IMG/VR virus record: IMGVR_UViG_3300043960_000133
Span: 1-64,000 of that record
DNA: 64,000 bases
Direction: 5' to 3' (one strand)
Source of the DNA: a virus
Lineage: Duplodnaviria; Caudoviricetes
Part shown: one piece after another, positions 37,387 through 46,416 of the stretch
Layout of the letters: each line of letters begins with the position of its first letter
Position numbering within the stretch: the first letter of the stretch is position 1
Position numbers and translations under genes: made by a program
The notes under the pieces: model-generated
The model's input: the letters and a program-made list of their open reading frames with translations, nothing else
Database searches by the model: none
Told to the model about the DNA's origin: nothing

Positions 37387-40300
37387 AGGGCGGACCGTTA
37401 CCACGCGGGCCAATAAAATCAGTGATTTTACCGTTGCAACGGCCAGTTACGGCGGAGCTGTCCCAGTGGTCTACGGCACCAGCCGCCTGGCTGGCAACGT
37501 GATTTACTACGACGATTTTACTGCCCACGAACATAAAGAGACACAACGGACCGGGAAGGGCGGTAAAAGCAAATCCGTGTCCATTACGTACACGTATACC
37601 GTTGCCGTTATCCTGGGTTTATGTGAGGGGCCTATCCACAGTATCGGCAAAGTGTGGTTAGGCAAGGACGTATACCAATATCCCTCCGATCAGATCGGTA
37701 TGACGCTATACGACGGGAGCCAAAAAGCCCCCTGGCCGTACGTAAAGGGCAAGCACCCCGACAAAGCGTTGACCTATGAAAACCTGGCTTATATGGCGGG
37801 CGTTATCGACCTGGGCGACAGCGGGTCTATGCCTGATTATAATTTTGAGGTCCGCGGGATGTTGACTGACACCGGCGACGGGACCGATGCAAACCCGGCG
37901 GATGTAATCCGGGACATCCTGGATAAAGTAGGATTATCCAGCGTCGAGATTATCGGCCTGGACAACTACCGCAAGTATTGCCGTGAAGCGGATTTACTGA
38001 TTTCCAGCCCGACGGACACCACAGAGGCAAAGGCTGCACACGATATTATCAACGAGCTTATGACGCTAACCAATGCGTATATGTTTTGGAGCAATAATAA
38101 ATTTAAAATCGTTTGCAAGGCTGACCGCCCCGTGGGCAGCTGGACGCCAGACACCACCATCCAATACGACTTAACCGCGGACGACTTTTTGGAGAGCAAC
38201 GGCGCCCTTGTGACATGCCAGCGCAAGGACAGTTCAGAAATTTATAATCGTTTTCTGGTAGAATTTATTAGCCGGAAAAACAGCTACGAAACTGAAACCG
38301 TGGCTTATGAGCTGAAAGACGACATTGCGGAATACGGACTCCGTCAGGCCAGCAGTACAACGGCGCACTGGTTTTATACGAAGGAGCGGGCCGTAAAGGT
38401 TGCTGAACAGCTGGCAAGGGACGCCCTGTACGGCCGCAACAAATTTACGTTTAAACTTGACTGGGCGTTTTGCCGCCTGGAAGTCGGCGACCAGGTGACA
38501 CTGACGGACAGCGCCCTGGGGCTGGATAAAACGCCGGTAATGATTGACAGCGTGACCGAAAACACGGACGGGACGTTGACGTTTACCGCCATCAGCCGCC
38601 CGCCGATGCAAGCAAGCAAACCTGCTTATGATGTGCACGAGGGCGACCGGCCATACATCGACTATAACGCCGACGCGCCGGACACAGACACGCCGCTTAT
38701 CATGCAGCCGCCCGCGGAACTGACTACAAGCGGCCTGGAAGTATGGATTGGAGCAAAGGGCAAGGGCGACCTATGGGGCGGTTGTGAGGTCTACGTTGCC
38801 GATGATGGGACCAACTACAGGGCGGCCGGAACCATTGCTAGCAGCGCCCGGGTGGGAACCCTGGCCAAAAGCGTCAAGGCCGCGGACACCAGCGTGGAAG
38901 TGTCTTGCAACGGCACGTTTTTGTCCGGCACCGCCCAGGATGCAGAGCGGGGCAACACCCTCTGCTGGGTAGATGGGGAGTGTCTGAGCTATCAGGGCGC
39001 CACGTTGCTAGACAACGGGCATTGGAGGCTTGACGGCTGTATCCGCGGACAGCATACCACCACAGCCGCGGCTCATGACGCCGGGGCACAGTTTGCGCGC
39101 CTGGATGCAGGTCTGCTCCGTATCCCGTTTTTGTCTGAGGACGTAGGCAAAAAGGTGTATTTAAAATTTGTGTCCTTTAACGTTTTCGGGGCAGGGGTGC
39201 AAGACCTGGCCAGCGTAAAGGCGTACGAATACACCATCAAAAAATACCATATCCCGGCCGTAAAAAACGTACGGGCTTACAACCGCTACCGGCACCTGGC
39301 TGACGGCGTTAGCAGATACGACGTAATGGTCCAGTGGGACCCGCCGGATTTAGAGAGTTACGCCGCCGGGCAGGTGTGGTACAGGACCAACGCCGGGCAG
39401 GTGCAGGATTTAACGGCAGTTAACGGCGTACCGGCAAGCGAGCTGGGCTATTACGGTAAATGGACTTTTGGTGGGCAAGGCAAAAACGAGGTTGTAATCC
39501 CCCAGGCTGTAGTGGGGGACACCTACGAAATCGCAGTTACGACCGTTGATAAATGGGCCGCAAGTACGGATCCCGACCTTGCCCCAAAGGTCAAGATTAC
39601 CGTTGCCATGCGCACCATGGTACCCAACACGCCGGACGGCTTTACCCTGGCATTTGGCAAGACAGCAACGGCCGCGTGGAATGAAGTCACGAATACGGAC
39701 GTCATGTACTACGAAATCCGGCGGGATAACGCACCGGGAGCTGAAACCGCTGGCCTGCTAGCACGAACGAGCGGAATGTCTGCAACCGTTGCTCTAAACG
39801 CCCGGTCTGGGCGGCTGTATCTGTTCGCCCGAAACGCCCTGGGTAAATACAGCGTTCCGGCGGTGCTGGATTACAACAAGACGGCACCGGGAAAACCAGA
39901 TGCACCGACGCTTAAGAACACTATGACCGGATTTTCCGTTGCCGGGCAAGGTATCCCGGCGGACGCCATCGGGATGATGGTATACATCAACGACGGCGAC
40001 GCCGTAAAGACGGAAAACGCGGTCATGAGCTATAACTGCGAGCCGGGTGTCTATGATGTAGCTATTGCATACTATGATATGTTTGGAGCCGGGGGGCGGT
40101 CCGAAACGACCCGGACAACGGTAAAAATCATCATTGACGAAACCAACATCAAGGACGAGGCTATCAGCCTAGCGAAGGTTGATAAGACCATCCAGGACGC
40201 CGTAAAAGAAGCCCAAGGAATATCCGGCAAGGTTGCCGAAATCAAGCAGACCACGGACAGCATCCAAGCGACCGTTGCCGACGATAAAAAAGAGCTGGCC

Positions 40301-41476
40301 AGCCAGATTACGCAAAACAGCGATAAAATTACCAGCGTGGTTACTAACCTGGGAGACAGTGCAAAAGCGAAAGAAGCCTATAGCGCAATTGCCCAGATGC
40401 AAGATGATATTGCGTTAAGGGTTAAATCTGGGGAAGTTGTGTCCCAGATTAATCTGAGCAAAGAAGGCGTACAGATTGACGGCAAGCTGCTGCACGTAAC
40501 CGGGGAAACGGTGTTTGATAACAACGTCGTAACTAGTAAGATGCTACAAGCGGCCAACATTTCCCTGGAAGGCGCCCTGGCTATTACCGGCGGAAACGTT
40601 TTTCTCAACGAAGATGGTATGCAGGTTAAGCAGAGCAATGGCGAATCCATTATGTTTGACGGGAAAGGTATGACGTTTTTTGACGCGTCCGGTAACGCCT
40701 ACAACAGCGTCCGCCGTATGATTATCGGCACGGCAAAGCATAACCAGTACGTAAAATTCCCCGTGGCGTGGCCCGCCGCCCCGAAAGTCCTTGTAACCCC
40801 GCTGTCTGTAACCACAGCAGACAATAATAAAAGCGGGGCCATTATCCGTATCCACTGCCGGGCAACCGACGTAAGCACAAACGGTTTCCGGGTTATGTGT
40901 TATTCCGGGATAGACAACACAAGCTACTGGCAGAGCGTAAACACGGATTTAGGCTCTTTTTCCGGGGCAAGAGGGTATACTGACGACTCAATCCGTCAGA
41001 CGTTTTCGTGGACGCAAAATATTAGCGTGGACAGCCGGGCAAGACTTATCCGGCTGAACCTGTATTTTAGCGGTATTTGGCACGCCAAAGGTACGGGTAT
41101 TGGAATTGGGAAAAGCAGCAAGAACGACGCCCCCTTTACCCGTGTAACGGTAACGGCAGCGGGTAAAACCGTGCTGTCCGAAGATGTGGGCGGCACGGAC
41201 GGCGACTACTTTGATAACTGGAGCGGGCAGAGCGTCCAGACCTCCCAGTTTCAGATCCCGTCGGTAAGCACTATTACGGTAAATATCCAGTGGCGCCCTC
41301 GGGCTGACCACATGGGGAATAGCAACGATGCGGGAGATGTTGGAGATGGCAGATGTACCCTGCAGAGCATTGAAGGCATAATGCAGGGCGACGACTCTAC
41401 TCAAGTTATTGACAGTGACGGGACGGCCCTGTTTTTGGCAATCGACCAGTCCACTCAGAATTACTCAGTAAGCTAA
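37373..41476 (+). CDS. Tail tip/host-specificity protein (J-like, GTA megatron-like)
   Basis: YGGAVPVVYGTSRLAGNVIY, LCEGPI, FN3-like segments, coiled-coil C-terminal part. Confidence 0.85.
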   Translation: MGLFRGRTVTTRANKISDFTVATASYGGAVPVVYGTSRLAGNVIYYDDFTAHEHKETQRTGKGGKSKSVSITYTYTVAVILGLCEGPIHSIGKVWLGKDVYQYPSDQIGMTLYDGSQKAPWPYVKGKHPDKALTYENLAYMAGVIDLGDSGSMPDYNFEVRGMLTDTGDGTDANPADVIRDILDKVGLSSVEIIGLDNYRKYCREADLLISSPTDTTEAKAAHDIINELMTLTNAYMFWSNNKFKIVCKADRPVGSWTPDTTIQYDLTADDFLESNGALVTCQRKDSSEIYNRFLVEFISRKNSYETETVAYELKDDIAEYGLRQASSTTAHWFYTKERAVKVAEQLARDALYGRNKFTFKLDWAFCRLEVGDQVTLTDSALGLDKTPVMIDSVTENTDGTLTFTAISRPPMQASKPAYDVHEGDRPYIDYNADAPDTDTPLIMQPPAELTTSGLEVWIGAKGKGDLWGGCEVYVADDGTNYRAAGTIASSARVGTLAKSVKAADTSVEVSCNGTFLSGTAQDAERGNTLCWVDGECLSYQGATLLDNGHWRLDGCIRGQHTTTAAAHDAGAQFARLDAGLLRIPFLSEDVGKKVYLKFVSFNVFGAGVQDLASVKAYEYTIKKYHIPAVKNVRAYNRYRHLADGVSRYDVMVQWDPPDLESYAAGQVWYRTNAGQVQDLTAVNGVPASELGYYGKWTFGGQGKNEVVIPQAVVGDTYEIAVTTVDKWAASTDPDLAPKVKITVAMRTMVPNTPDGFTLAFGKTATAAWNEVTNTDVMYYEIRRDNAPGAETAGLLARTSGMSATVALNARSGRLYLFARNALGKYSVPAVLDYNKTAPGKPDAPTLKNTMTGFSVAGQGIPADAIGMMVYINDGDAVKTENAVMSYNCEPGVYDVAIAYYDMFGAGGRSETTRTTVKIIIDETNIKDEAISLAKVDKTIQDAVKEAQGISGKVAEIKQTTDSIQATVADDKKELASQITQNSDKITSVVTNLGDSAKAKEAYSAIAQMQDDIALRVKSGEVVSQINLSKEGVQIDGKLLHVTGETVFDNNVVTSKMLQAANISLEGALAITGGNVFLNEDGMQVKQSNGESIMFDGKGMTFFDASGNAYNSVRRMIIGTAKHNQYVKFPVAWPAAPKVLVTPLSVTTADNNKSGAIIRIHCRATDVSTNGFRVMCYSGIDNTSYWQSVNTDLGSFSGARGYTDDSIRQTFSWTQNISVDSRARLIRLNLYFSGIWHAKGTGIGIGKSSKNDAPFTRVTVTAAGKTVLSEDVGGTDGDYFDNWSGQSVQTSQFQIPSVSTITVNIQWRPRADHMGNSNDAGDVGDGRCTLQSIEGIMQGDDSTQVIDSDGTALFLAIDQSTQNYSVS

Positions 41477-41485
41477 GGAGGAAGC

Positions 41486-42976
41486 ATGAAGCAAACGACA
41501 TTTCAGCACCCCGAACTGAGGGATGCCAACGACAACATCATCCAGGAGGGGACCTACGGCAAGGCATCCCCTCTAGTCAACAGCGATAACACCGGGGTAC
41601 TGGACTACATCAACAATAACCTGATGTATCTCTACAACAACACCATGGGCGGAACCGGCGGGGAAATCAACGCCGAAACGATTACCGGCAAGACGGGGAC
41701 TATCACCAACCTGACAGCAACGACGGTTAATGCTGGCACAGTGACAGCCGACGCCCTGAACGGGCCGTTGACCGGCAATGTGACAGGTAACTTAACCGGG
41801 GATGTTACCGGTAATTTAATAGGTGATGTTACAGGTAATTTAAGCGGTAATGTAACGGGTGATGTTACAGGTAATTTAACTGGAGATGCTACGGGCAATC
41901 TAACCGGCACCGCTGACAAAGCCATTGCAGACGGGAGCGGAAACAACATTGCCAACACCTATGTTACAAAATCGGCTCTTGCATCCAGCGTTACCACAGC
42001 AACGGGGAATGTCACAACGTTAACGGCAACCGACACAACGTTAACCAACGTCACGATTACCGGTGAAACCTCTGTCCCCACGGCCAACGCAGGAAACTCT
42101 AGCAAGGCCATTGCAAACACCGAATTTGTAGCCAAGTCCCTTGCGGCCCTGGTAGACTCTGCCCCGGCGCAGCTGAATACCTTGAACGAGCTGGCAACGG
42201 CTCTGGGCAACGATGCTAACTTTGCCGCCACCATCACAGCGGAACTGGCCAAAAAGCTGAACAGCGCCGAAGCCGAAAGCACATACGCCACCAAGACGGA
42301 AGCCGGGGTGCCGTACCAGATTAAACGGAACACGGCGTACAAAGTCGGCGACGTGCTGACCTCTCCGTCCTTGCCTCCCGGCTGTGTAATCGTTGTCACG
42401 CAAGCAGGGACAACGGGTAGCACCGAACCGGACTGGGCAACCATTAAAAGTAACATGGGGGGGGTAATAACTGATAATACTGTAACGTTTTATATAAACG
42501 ATACACTGAGCAAGCACAGTGTAGGGGATATTGTCTATAAGCCTATGACAAAGGTAACGGAACATGAATACCTTCTGCCGCTGGACGGACAGACGATTGA
42601 TGGGGTGACGTATAAACGGCTGGTGGATTATCTGGGAACCAACGTGCTACCGAACCTTAACGGTAGGTATCTGAGAGCTGACACCACACCGGGGAAAATG
42701 GTGGAAGCGGGATTGCCGAATATCACGGGGAATTTTGGGAGTGCTAACGGTGCTATATTGTCGTTTTTTAACATAGGCGAAGGAGCGTTCTCTGCTGAAA
42801 TACCGGGCAAAGATTCTCGTTCCTATGACGGTTTGCCCGCTAATACCACTCCTTACGCAAAAGGTTACACGAACACGATTAATTTTAATGCTTCCAGTTC
42901 GTCCTCTATCTACGGCAAATCCACCACCGTTACGCCCTTAACCTACACCGTACGAGCCTACATTGCATACGCATAA
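41486..42976 (+). CDS. Tail fibre with collar-like C-terminal domain
   Basis: G(N/D)xT repeats, LVDSAPAQLNTLNELATALGND motif, LPLDG...LPNLNGRYLR...AGLPNITG. Confidence 0.85.
   Translation: MKQTTFQHPELRDANDNIIQEGTYGKASPLVNSDNTGVLDYINNNLMYLYNNTMGGTGGEINAETITGKTGTITNLTATTVNAGTVTADALNGPLTGNVTGNLTGDVTGNLIGDVTGNLSGNVTGDVTGNLTGDATGNLTGTADKAIADGSGNNIANTYVTKSALASSVTTATGNVTTLTATDTTLTNVTITGETSVPTANAGNSSKAIANTEFVAKSLAALVDSAPAQLNTLNELATALGNDANFAATITAELAKKLNSAEAESTYATKTEAGVPYQIKRNTAYKVGDVLTSPSLPPGCVIVVTQAGTTGSTEPDWATIKSNMGGVITDNTVTFYINDTLSKHSVGDIVYKPMTKVTEHEYLLPLDGQTIDGVTYKRLVDYLGTNVLPNLNGRYLRADTTPGKMVEAGLPNITGNFGSANGAILSFFNIGEGAFSAEIPGKDSRSYDGLPANTTPYAKGYTNTINFNASSSSSIYGKSTTVTPLTYTVRAYIAYA
41761..41910 (+). 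repeat. 12-nt (tetrapeptide) tandem repeat in tail fibre
   Basis: GPLTGNVTGNLTGDVTGNLIGDVTGNLSGNVTGDVTGNLTGDATGNLTG. Confidence 0.8.
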
Positions 42977-42978
42977 AG

Positions 42979-43014
42979 CCGTTCTACACATTGGCGTATA
43001 TCATGAAATTGTAA
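42979..43014 (+). pseudogene. Relic tail-fibre C-terminus (PFYTLAYIMKL*)
   Basis: CCG TTC TAC ACA TTG GCG TAT ATC ATG AAA TTG TAA immediately after the fibre stop codon. Confidence 0.55.
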
Positions 43015-43030
43015 ACAAGGAGATTACAGC

Positions 43031-43324
43031 GTGAACGATATCATCATCGAGGGATTAAGCACCGTATTGAGCCTAGCCATTGGCGGGCTTATCGGCTACG
43101 TCGTGGCCTACGTTACCGGCCTTAAAGCAATCCGCAAGGGGATGCAGTTAATCTTGCGTGCGTCCCTTAACGATATGTACATCTGTTTCCAGCAACAGCC
43201 GCCAACGGCTGACGATAAACAGGCGTTCGAGGAAATGTTTTCGGTCTACGAAAAATTAGCCGACAACGGCGTAATGGATGTGAAGCATAAAGCCGTATTG
43301 CGGATGAAAGAGGCGGTAAAATGA
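43031..43324 (+). CDS. Holin-like membrane protein
   Basis: N-terminal TM helix; first gene of lysis cassette; SD AAGGAG. Confidence 0.55.
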   Translation: MNDIIIEGLSTVLSLAIGGLIGYVVAYVTGLKAIRKGMQLILRASLNDMYICFQQQPPTADDKQAFEEMFSVYEKLADNGVMDVKHKAVLRMKEAVK

Positions 43325-43689
43325 TAAAACGATTCCTCCGGCGTTTACAGCGCTGGAAAGCCGCCGCATTGTCCCCCATGGGGTTTATTATGATAATCGC
43401 CTCGGCCTTGCTGTTTGAGTTATGCCTTATGCCCATGGCCTGGACAACGGGGTGGATTTATCATCTGTCATCTGACTGGTATTTCCGTATGTTGGACGAA
43501 TTGCGAAAAAACGTAAATACGAGTTTTGCCCCGGCGGTCATATCCGGGGCAATTTTAATTGCGGGATACCTGGTGAATCGTAACCATGATAAAATCCCGG
43601 ATAAAATGGAAGGAGATCAGAAAAATGCTGCAAGAAATCCAGTTCCAACGGAACAAACAAAGGATTTATGCAATGGACGAAAATTATAA
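43321..43689 (+). CDS. Holin-like two-TM membrane protein
   Basis: Two hydrophobic segments; ATGA overlap. Confidence 0.55.
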   Translation: MIKRFLRRLQRWKAAALSPMGFIMIIASALLFELCLMPMAWTTGWIYHLSSDWYFRMLDELRKNVNTSFAPAVISGAILIAGYLVNRNHDKIPDKMEGDQKNAARNPVPTEQTKDLCNGRKL

Positions 43690-44032
43690 TGTAATTGCGT
43701 CCTGGGAGTGCCGGAGCGACTTTTTCCCGGGCTACAACGAGCAAGGCGACCCGCGGGGCAGCTTGCCCAACGGCGACTATACCCATGTGAGCGCGGAAAT
43801 CACGGACGGGGCGTACGGTCCGGCGTACGGAAATTTTTATATCACGAGCGGCGACCCGCGCGGCCGGGACATCCACGGCGGCGGCAGCGACCTGGACGAC
43901 CCCTACGCGGATTATCAGGGATGGGAGCCGACATATGGGTGCCTGCGGATGCAAAACGCGGACGGCGTAGAATTGTCCAGAATGATTATTGATAACGGCA
44001 ACGATGTATTGTTAACCGTGAGGGATGAATAA
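43625..44032 (+). CDS. L,D-transpeptidase-fold (YkuD/Tlde1-like) protein in endolysin position
   Basis: LPNGDY, DIHGGG...PTYGCLRMQNAD; SD GGAAGGAG before ATG 43625. Confidence 0.7.
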   Translation: MLQEIQFQRNKQRIYAMDENYNVIASWECRSDFFPGYNEQGDPRGSLPNGDYTHVSAEITDGAYGPAYGNFYITSGDPRGRDIHGGGSDLDDPYADYQGWEPTYGCLRMQNADGVELSRMIIDNGNDVLLTVRDE

Positions 44033-44501
44033 ATGGGGGTTGAAGAAATTGCTGAAATTAAAAACCGTTTGCGCTGCCTGCTGCCTGTCATTGCTGCTGT
44101 GTGCATTGCCCTGTTATGCGGCGCCGCCATTGGATACCAGTACCGCGCCAGGGAAGATGTATACGTTGAGCGAGCAGGAGTTAACGACGTTGGAAACGAA
44201 CTCGAACGAGTTGGCGAAAATCAACGAACAATTACGGAAAACCTGCAACGGGCAGGAAGTACAGTTAACGACCTTGCGGGAACAGTTAACGCAAGCGCAG
44301 GAACTGTCACTGAAATTGAAAAGTCAAATCGACAGCTTGACAGCGCAATCAGCAGAGCAACAGAACTTAATCGAGAAAACCAACAGATTATTGCAAAAAT
44401 CCGCGCAAGAGGAAAAACGAACCCGGCGTCGGATTAAACGGCAGCGGAACGCCTGGGAAGCCGCTGCCGCCCTGCTTGCTTGCGTTGCAATCAAAAAATA
44501 A
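44025..44501 (+). CDS. Signal peptide + coiled coil + C-terminal TM protein (spanin-like)
   Basis: KKLLK...LLLCALPCYA, long Q/E/L coiled coil, RIKRQRNAWEAAAALLACVAIKK. Confidence 0.6.
   Translation: MNKWGLKKLLKLKTVCAACCLSLLLCALPCYAAPPLDTSTAPGKMYTLSEQELTTLETNSNELAKINEQLRKTCNGQEVQLTTLREQLTQAQELSLKLKSQIDSLTAQSAEQQNLIEKTNRLLQKSAQEEKRTRRRIKRQRNAWEAAAALLACVAIKK
44033..44437 (+). CDS. N-terminal TM + coiled-coil protein (i-spanin-like), embedded in other frame
   Basis: LLPVIAAVCIALLCGAAIGYQY then heptad-rich segment. Confidence 0.6.
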   Translation: MGVEEIAEIKNRLRCLLPVIAAVCIALLCGAAIGYQYRAREDVYVERAGVNDVGNELERVGENQRTITENLQRAGSTVNDLAGTVNASAGTVTEIEKSNRQLDSAISRATELNRENQQIIAKIRARGKTNPASD

Positions 44502-44565
44502 TTCGTTGCAACGAAAATGCAACGAGAAAATTGAATTGAATTGAATTGAGCAGAATAACGTATTA

Positions 44566-44591
44566 CGCCCGCATAAAGCGGGCGCTTTTTT
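44566..44591 (+). terminator. Late operon terminator
   Basis: CGCCCGC-ATAAA-GCGGGCG followed by CTTTTTT. Confidence 0.7.
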
Positions 44592-44745
44592 ATTTCCCGC
44601 GAAAAAAAATCGCGCGTTTAAATCGTTTTACAGCATTTTTATTTTTTGCCCGCTTGTGATTCATCGCATAAAACGGAAAACGCGTCAAAAAGCGTTCAAA
44701 AGCGCAATAGGGGCAAACGGCAATTTTCAGAATTGTTTCAGAAAA

Positions 44746-44812
44746 TATACGTATAAAATTTTAAAAAATATACGTATAAACTCTTGTAATTTATACGTAT
44801 ATGTGGTACTAT
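44746..44812 (+). promoter_or_regulatory. Sigma-70 promoter overlapped by three TATACGTATA palindromes
   Basis: TTGTAA (44784)-17 bp-TGgTACTAT (-10 at 44807); palindromes at 44746, 44769, 44792. Confidence 0.75.
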
Positions 44813-44893
44813 ATAGTCACAGGGAAGAAGAAAAGCCCTGAAGAACTTGAGAACGGCACCGGAAAACGGAAGCCGTCAAAGGAGGACAAAACC

Positions 44894-45139
44894 ATGAAGG
44901 AAATCAAAGGATTGCAGGAAGCATGGGAAGAAATCAAAAGCTGCCCGAAGAGAAGAGATTGCTATTACGAAGTGTTTTTAAATCGGCAGACCGGAGAGGT
45001 TTCCGCCAACTTCCAGGTTTCCCTGGGGGCAAACAGCTGGGTCGAATACAAAAACAAAAACGTCGTCAAGGTTGGTGACTTTAACTGGCAGACAACTAAA
45101 TCCGAATTTATCCACGCGATCGACATCGTTGAAAAGTAA
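44894..45139 (+). CDS. Accessory hypothetical protein
   Basis: SD AAGGAGG; MKEIKGLQEAWEEIK... Confidence 0.6.
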   Translation: MKEIKGLQEAWEEIKSCPKRRDCYYEVFLNRQTGEVSANFQVSLGANSWVEYKNKNVVKVGDFNWQTTKSEFIHAIDIVEK

Positions 45140-45185
45140 CAAGGTGGGGCGAAAGCCCCACCACCATTTGAAAGGAGAGCAAGCC

Positions 45186-45686
45186 ATGGAAGTGAAAGAC
45201 CTTATCAAAAAGTACAACCTGCAAGCTGTCGAGAAAGACGGAAAAATGATGGTGCACACTAGGGCAAGGGTCCCGGCAAAAGACGTTGCAGCCATCAAAG
45301 AACACCGGGATGAAATCCTGAAAGAAATCCTGGATGCCAAAGAACAGGCAAGAAAGGCCTACGAAGAACGCCAGGCAAAGATTAACGCCATCCCTGGCCT
45401 GTCCGAAATTAAGGCTGAACTGGAAAAAGCTGCCGACTGGCGTAGACGGTTTAATGCCAGTTTTGAAACTGAGGACGGTGGCGGATGGGGTGTGGGGCCT
45501 AGACCTAACTATGATTTTGACGCAGCCTATAAAAAATACCCACAAGCCCACGCTTATCTGATCGCCGAACAGGAAGCCTATAAAGACAACTATGAACTGG
45601 CTGAAATTGGGCGGAAGGCGCTGGAAAAGGTCATCAACGGCCAACGGGAAGAAGCCGAATTTTGTGAAAAGCACATGTGGGACTAA
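45186..45686 (+). CDS. Accessory hypothetical protein
   Basis: SD GAAAGGAG; MEVKDLIKKYNL... Confidence 0.65.
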   Translation: MEVKDLIKKYNLQAVEKDGKMMVHTRARVPAKDVAAIKEHRDEILKEILDAKEQARKAYEERQAKINAIPGLSEIKAELEKAADWRRRFNASFETEDGGGWGVGPRPNYDFDAAYKKYPQAHAYLIAEQEAYKDNYELAEIGRKALEKVINGQREEAEFCEKHMWD

Positions 45687-45702
45687 ATGGGGGGTATAAA
45701 CC

Positions 45703-46062
45703 ATGAGTATCGACAAGAAATACGTTTTAGAAATGAAAAAGCTCGCAAGAGCGGAAAAATACAAAGATTTTTACAAATATTGCACAATGAGCGCCGGCGG
45801 CAGCGACATCGCCTCCCTCAGCTACCGGACCAGCGATCCTAAGGAAATCGGAGAAATCGCATTCGGCGAAGATGGCGATTACAAAGCCCATCTGATCGCC
45901 GGAGACACCGAGGTCCCCAGCCATTACAACCTGGTCTTTGATACGGAATCATCATGGTTGTGGGTTTACGATGACGATGGAAAGATTCTTGATCTGACTA
46001 ATGATGCGGGGTTCCAGATTTATCGGGCGGGGGAAATGGGCCTGCTGATCAGATTCAAATAA
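45703..46062 (+). CDS. Accessory hypothetical protein
   Basis: SD GGGGG; GSDIASL...FGEDGDY...YRAGEMG. Confidence 0.65.
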   Translation: MSIDKKYVLEMKKLARAEKYKDFYKYCTMSAGGSDIASLSYRTSDPKEIGEIAFGEDGDYKAHLIAGDTEVPSHYNLVFDTESSWLWVYDDDGKILDLTNDAGFQIYRAGEMGLLIRFK

Positions 46063-46076
46063 AGGAGCTTAAAATC

Positions 46077-46412
46077 ATGAAAAAAACCATATACGTGAAT
46101 GACCCATTAATCAAGCTGAACGAACAAACCACCAACGGCGGGTTTTCCCGCCGCCTGGGGGAAATCGTGGAGCGGTACGACATAATCATGAAATTAACGC
46201 CGGAGCCGCCAAAATTTTCCCCGGAAGAAATGCACGTTTTGGCCGAAGTCCTTGCTGGTGCAAAGATTTCAGCGGGCTTTATTTACTCCCTGGGGTTTGA
46301 GGTCCAGGACAGCGTCCTGGAAACGCCGGAAATCCGGGAAGCTCTTGCAAAAAAAATCGACGGCATGACAGCCGCGGAAAAAATAAAAATGATCGAGGTG
46401 TTTCTCAAATAA
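46077..46412 (+). CDS. Probable ribbon-helix-helix regulator
   Basis: N-terminal beta strand KKTIYVND then two helices (FSRRLGEIVERY); SD AAGGAG. Confidence 0.5.
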   Translation: MKKTIYVNDPLIKLNEQTTNGGFSRRLGEIVERYDIIMKLTPEPPKFSPEEMHVLAEVLAGAKISAGFIYSLGFEVQDSVLETPEIREALAKKIDGMTAAEKIKMIEVFLK

Positions 46413-46416
46413 AGCC

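Noticed and set aside
41486-43014. Invertible tail-fibre shufflon
   Set aside because: No invertase gene, inverted crossover repeats or reverse-oriented alternative tips seen; only an 11-codon same-strand relic
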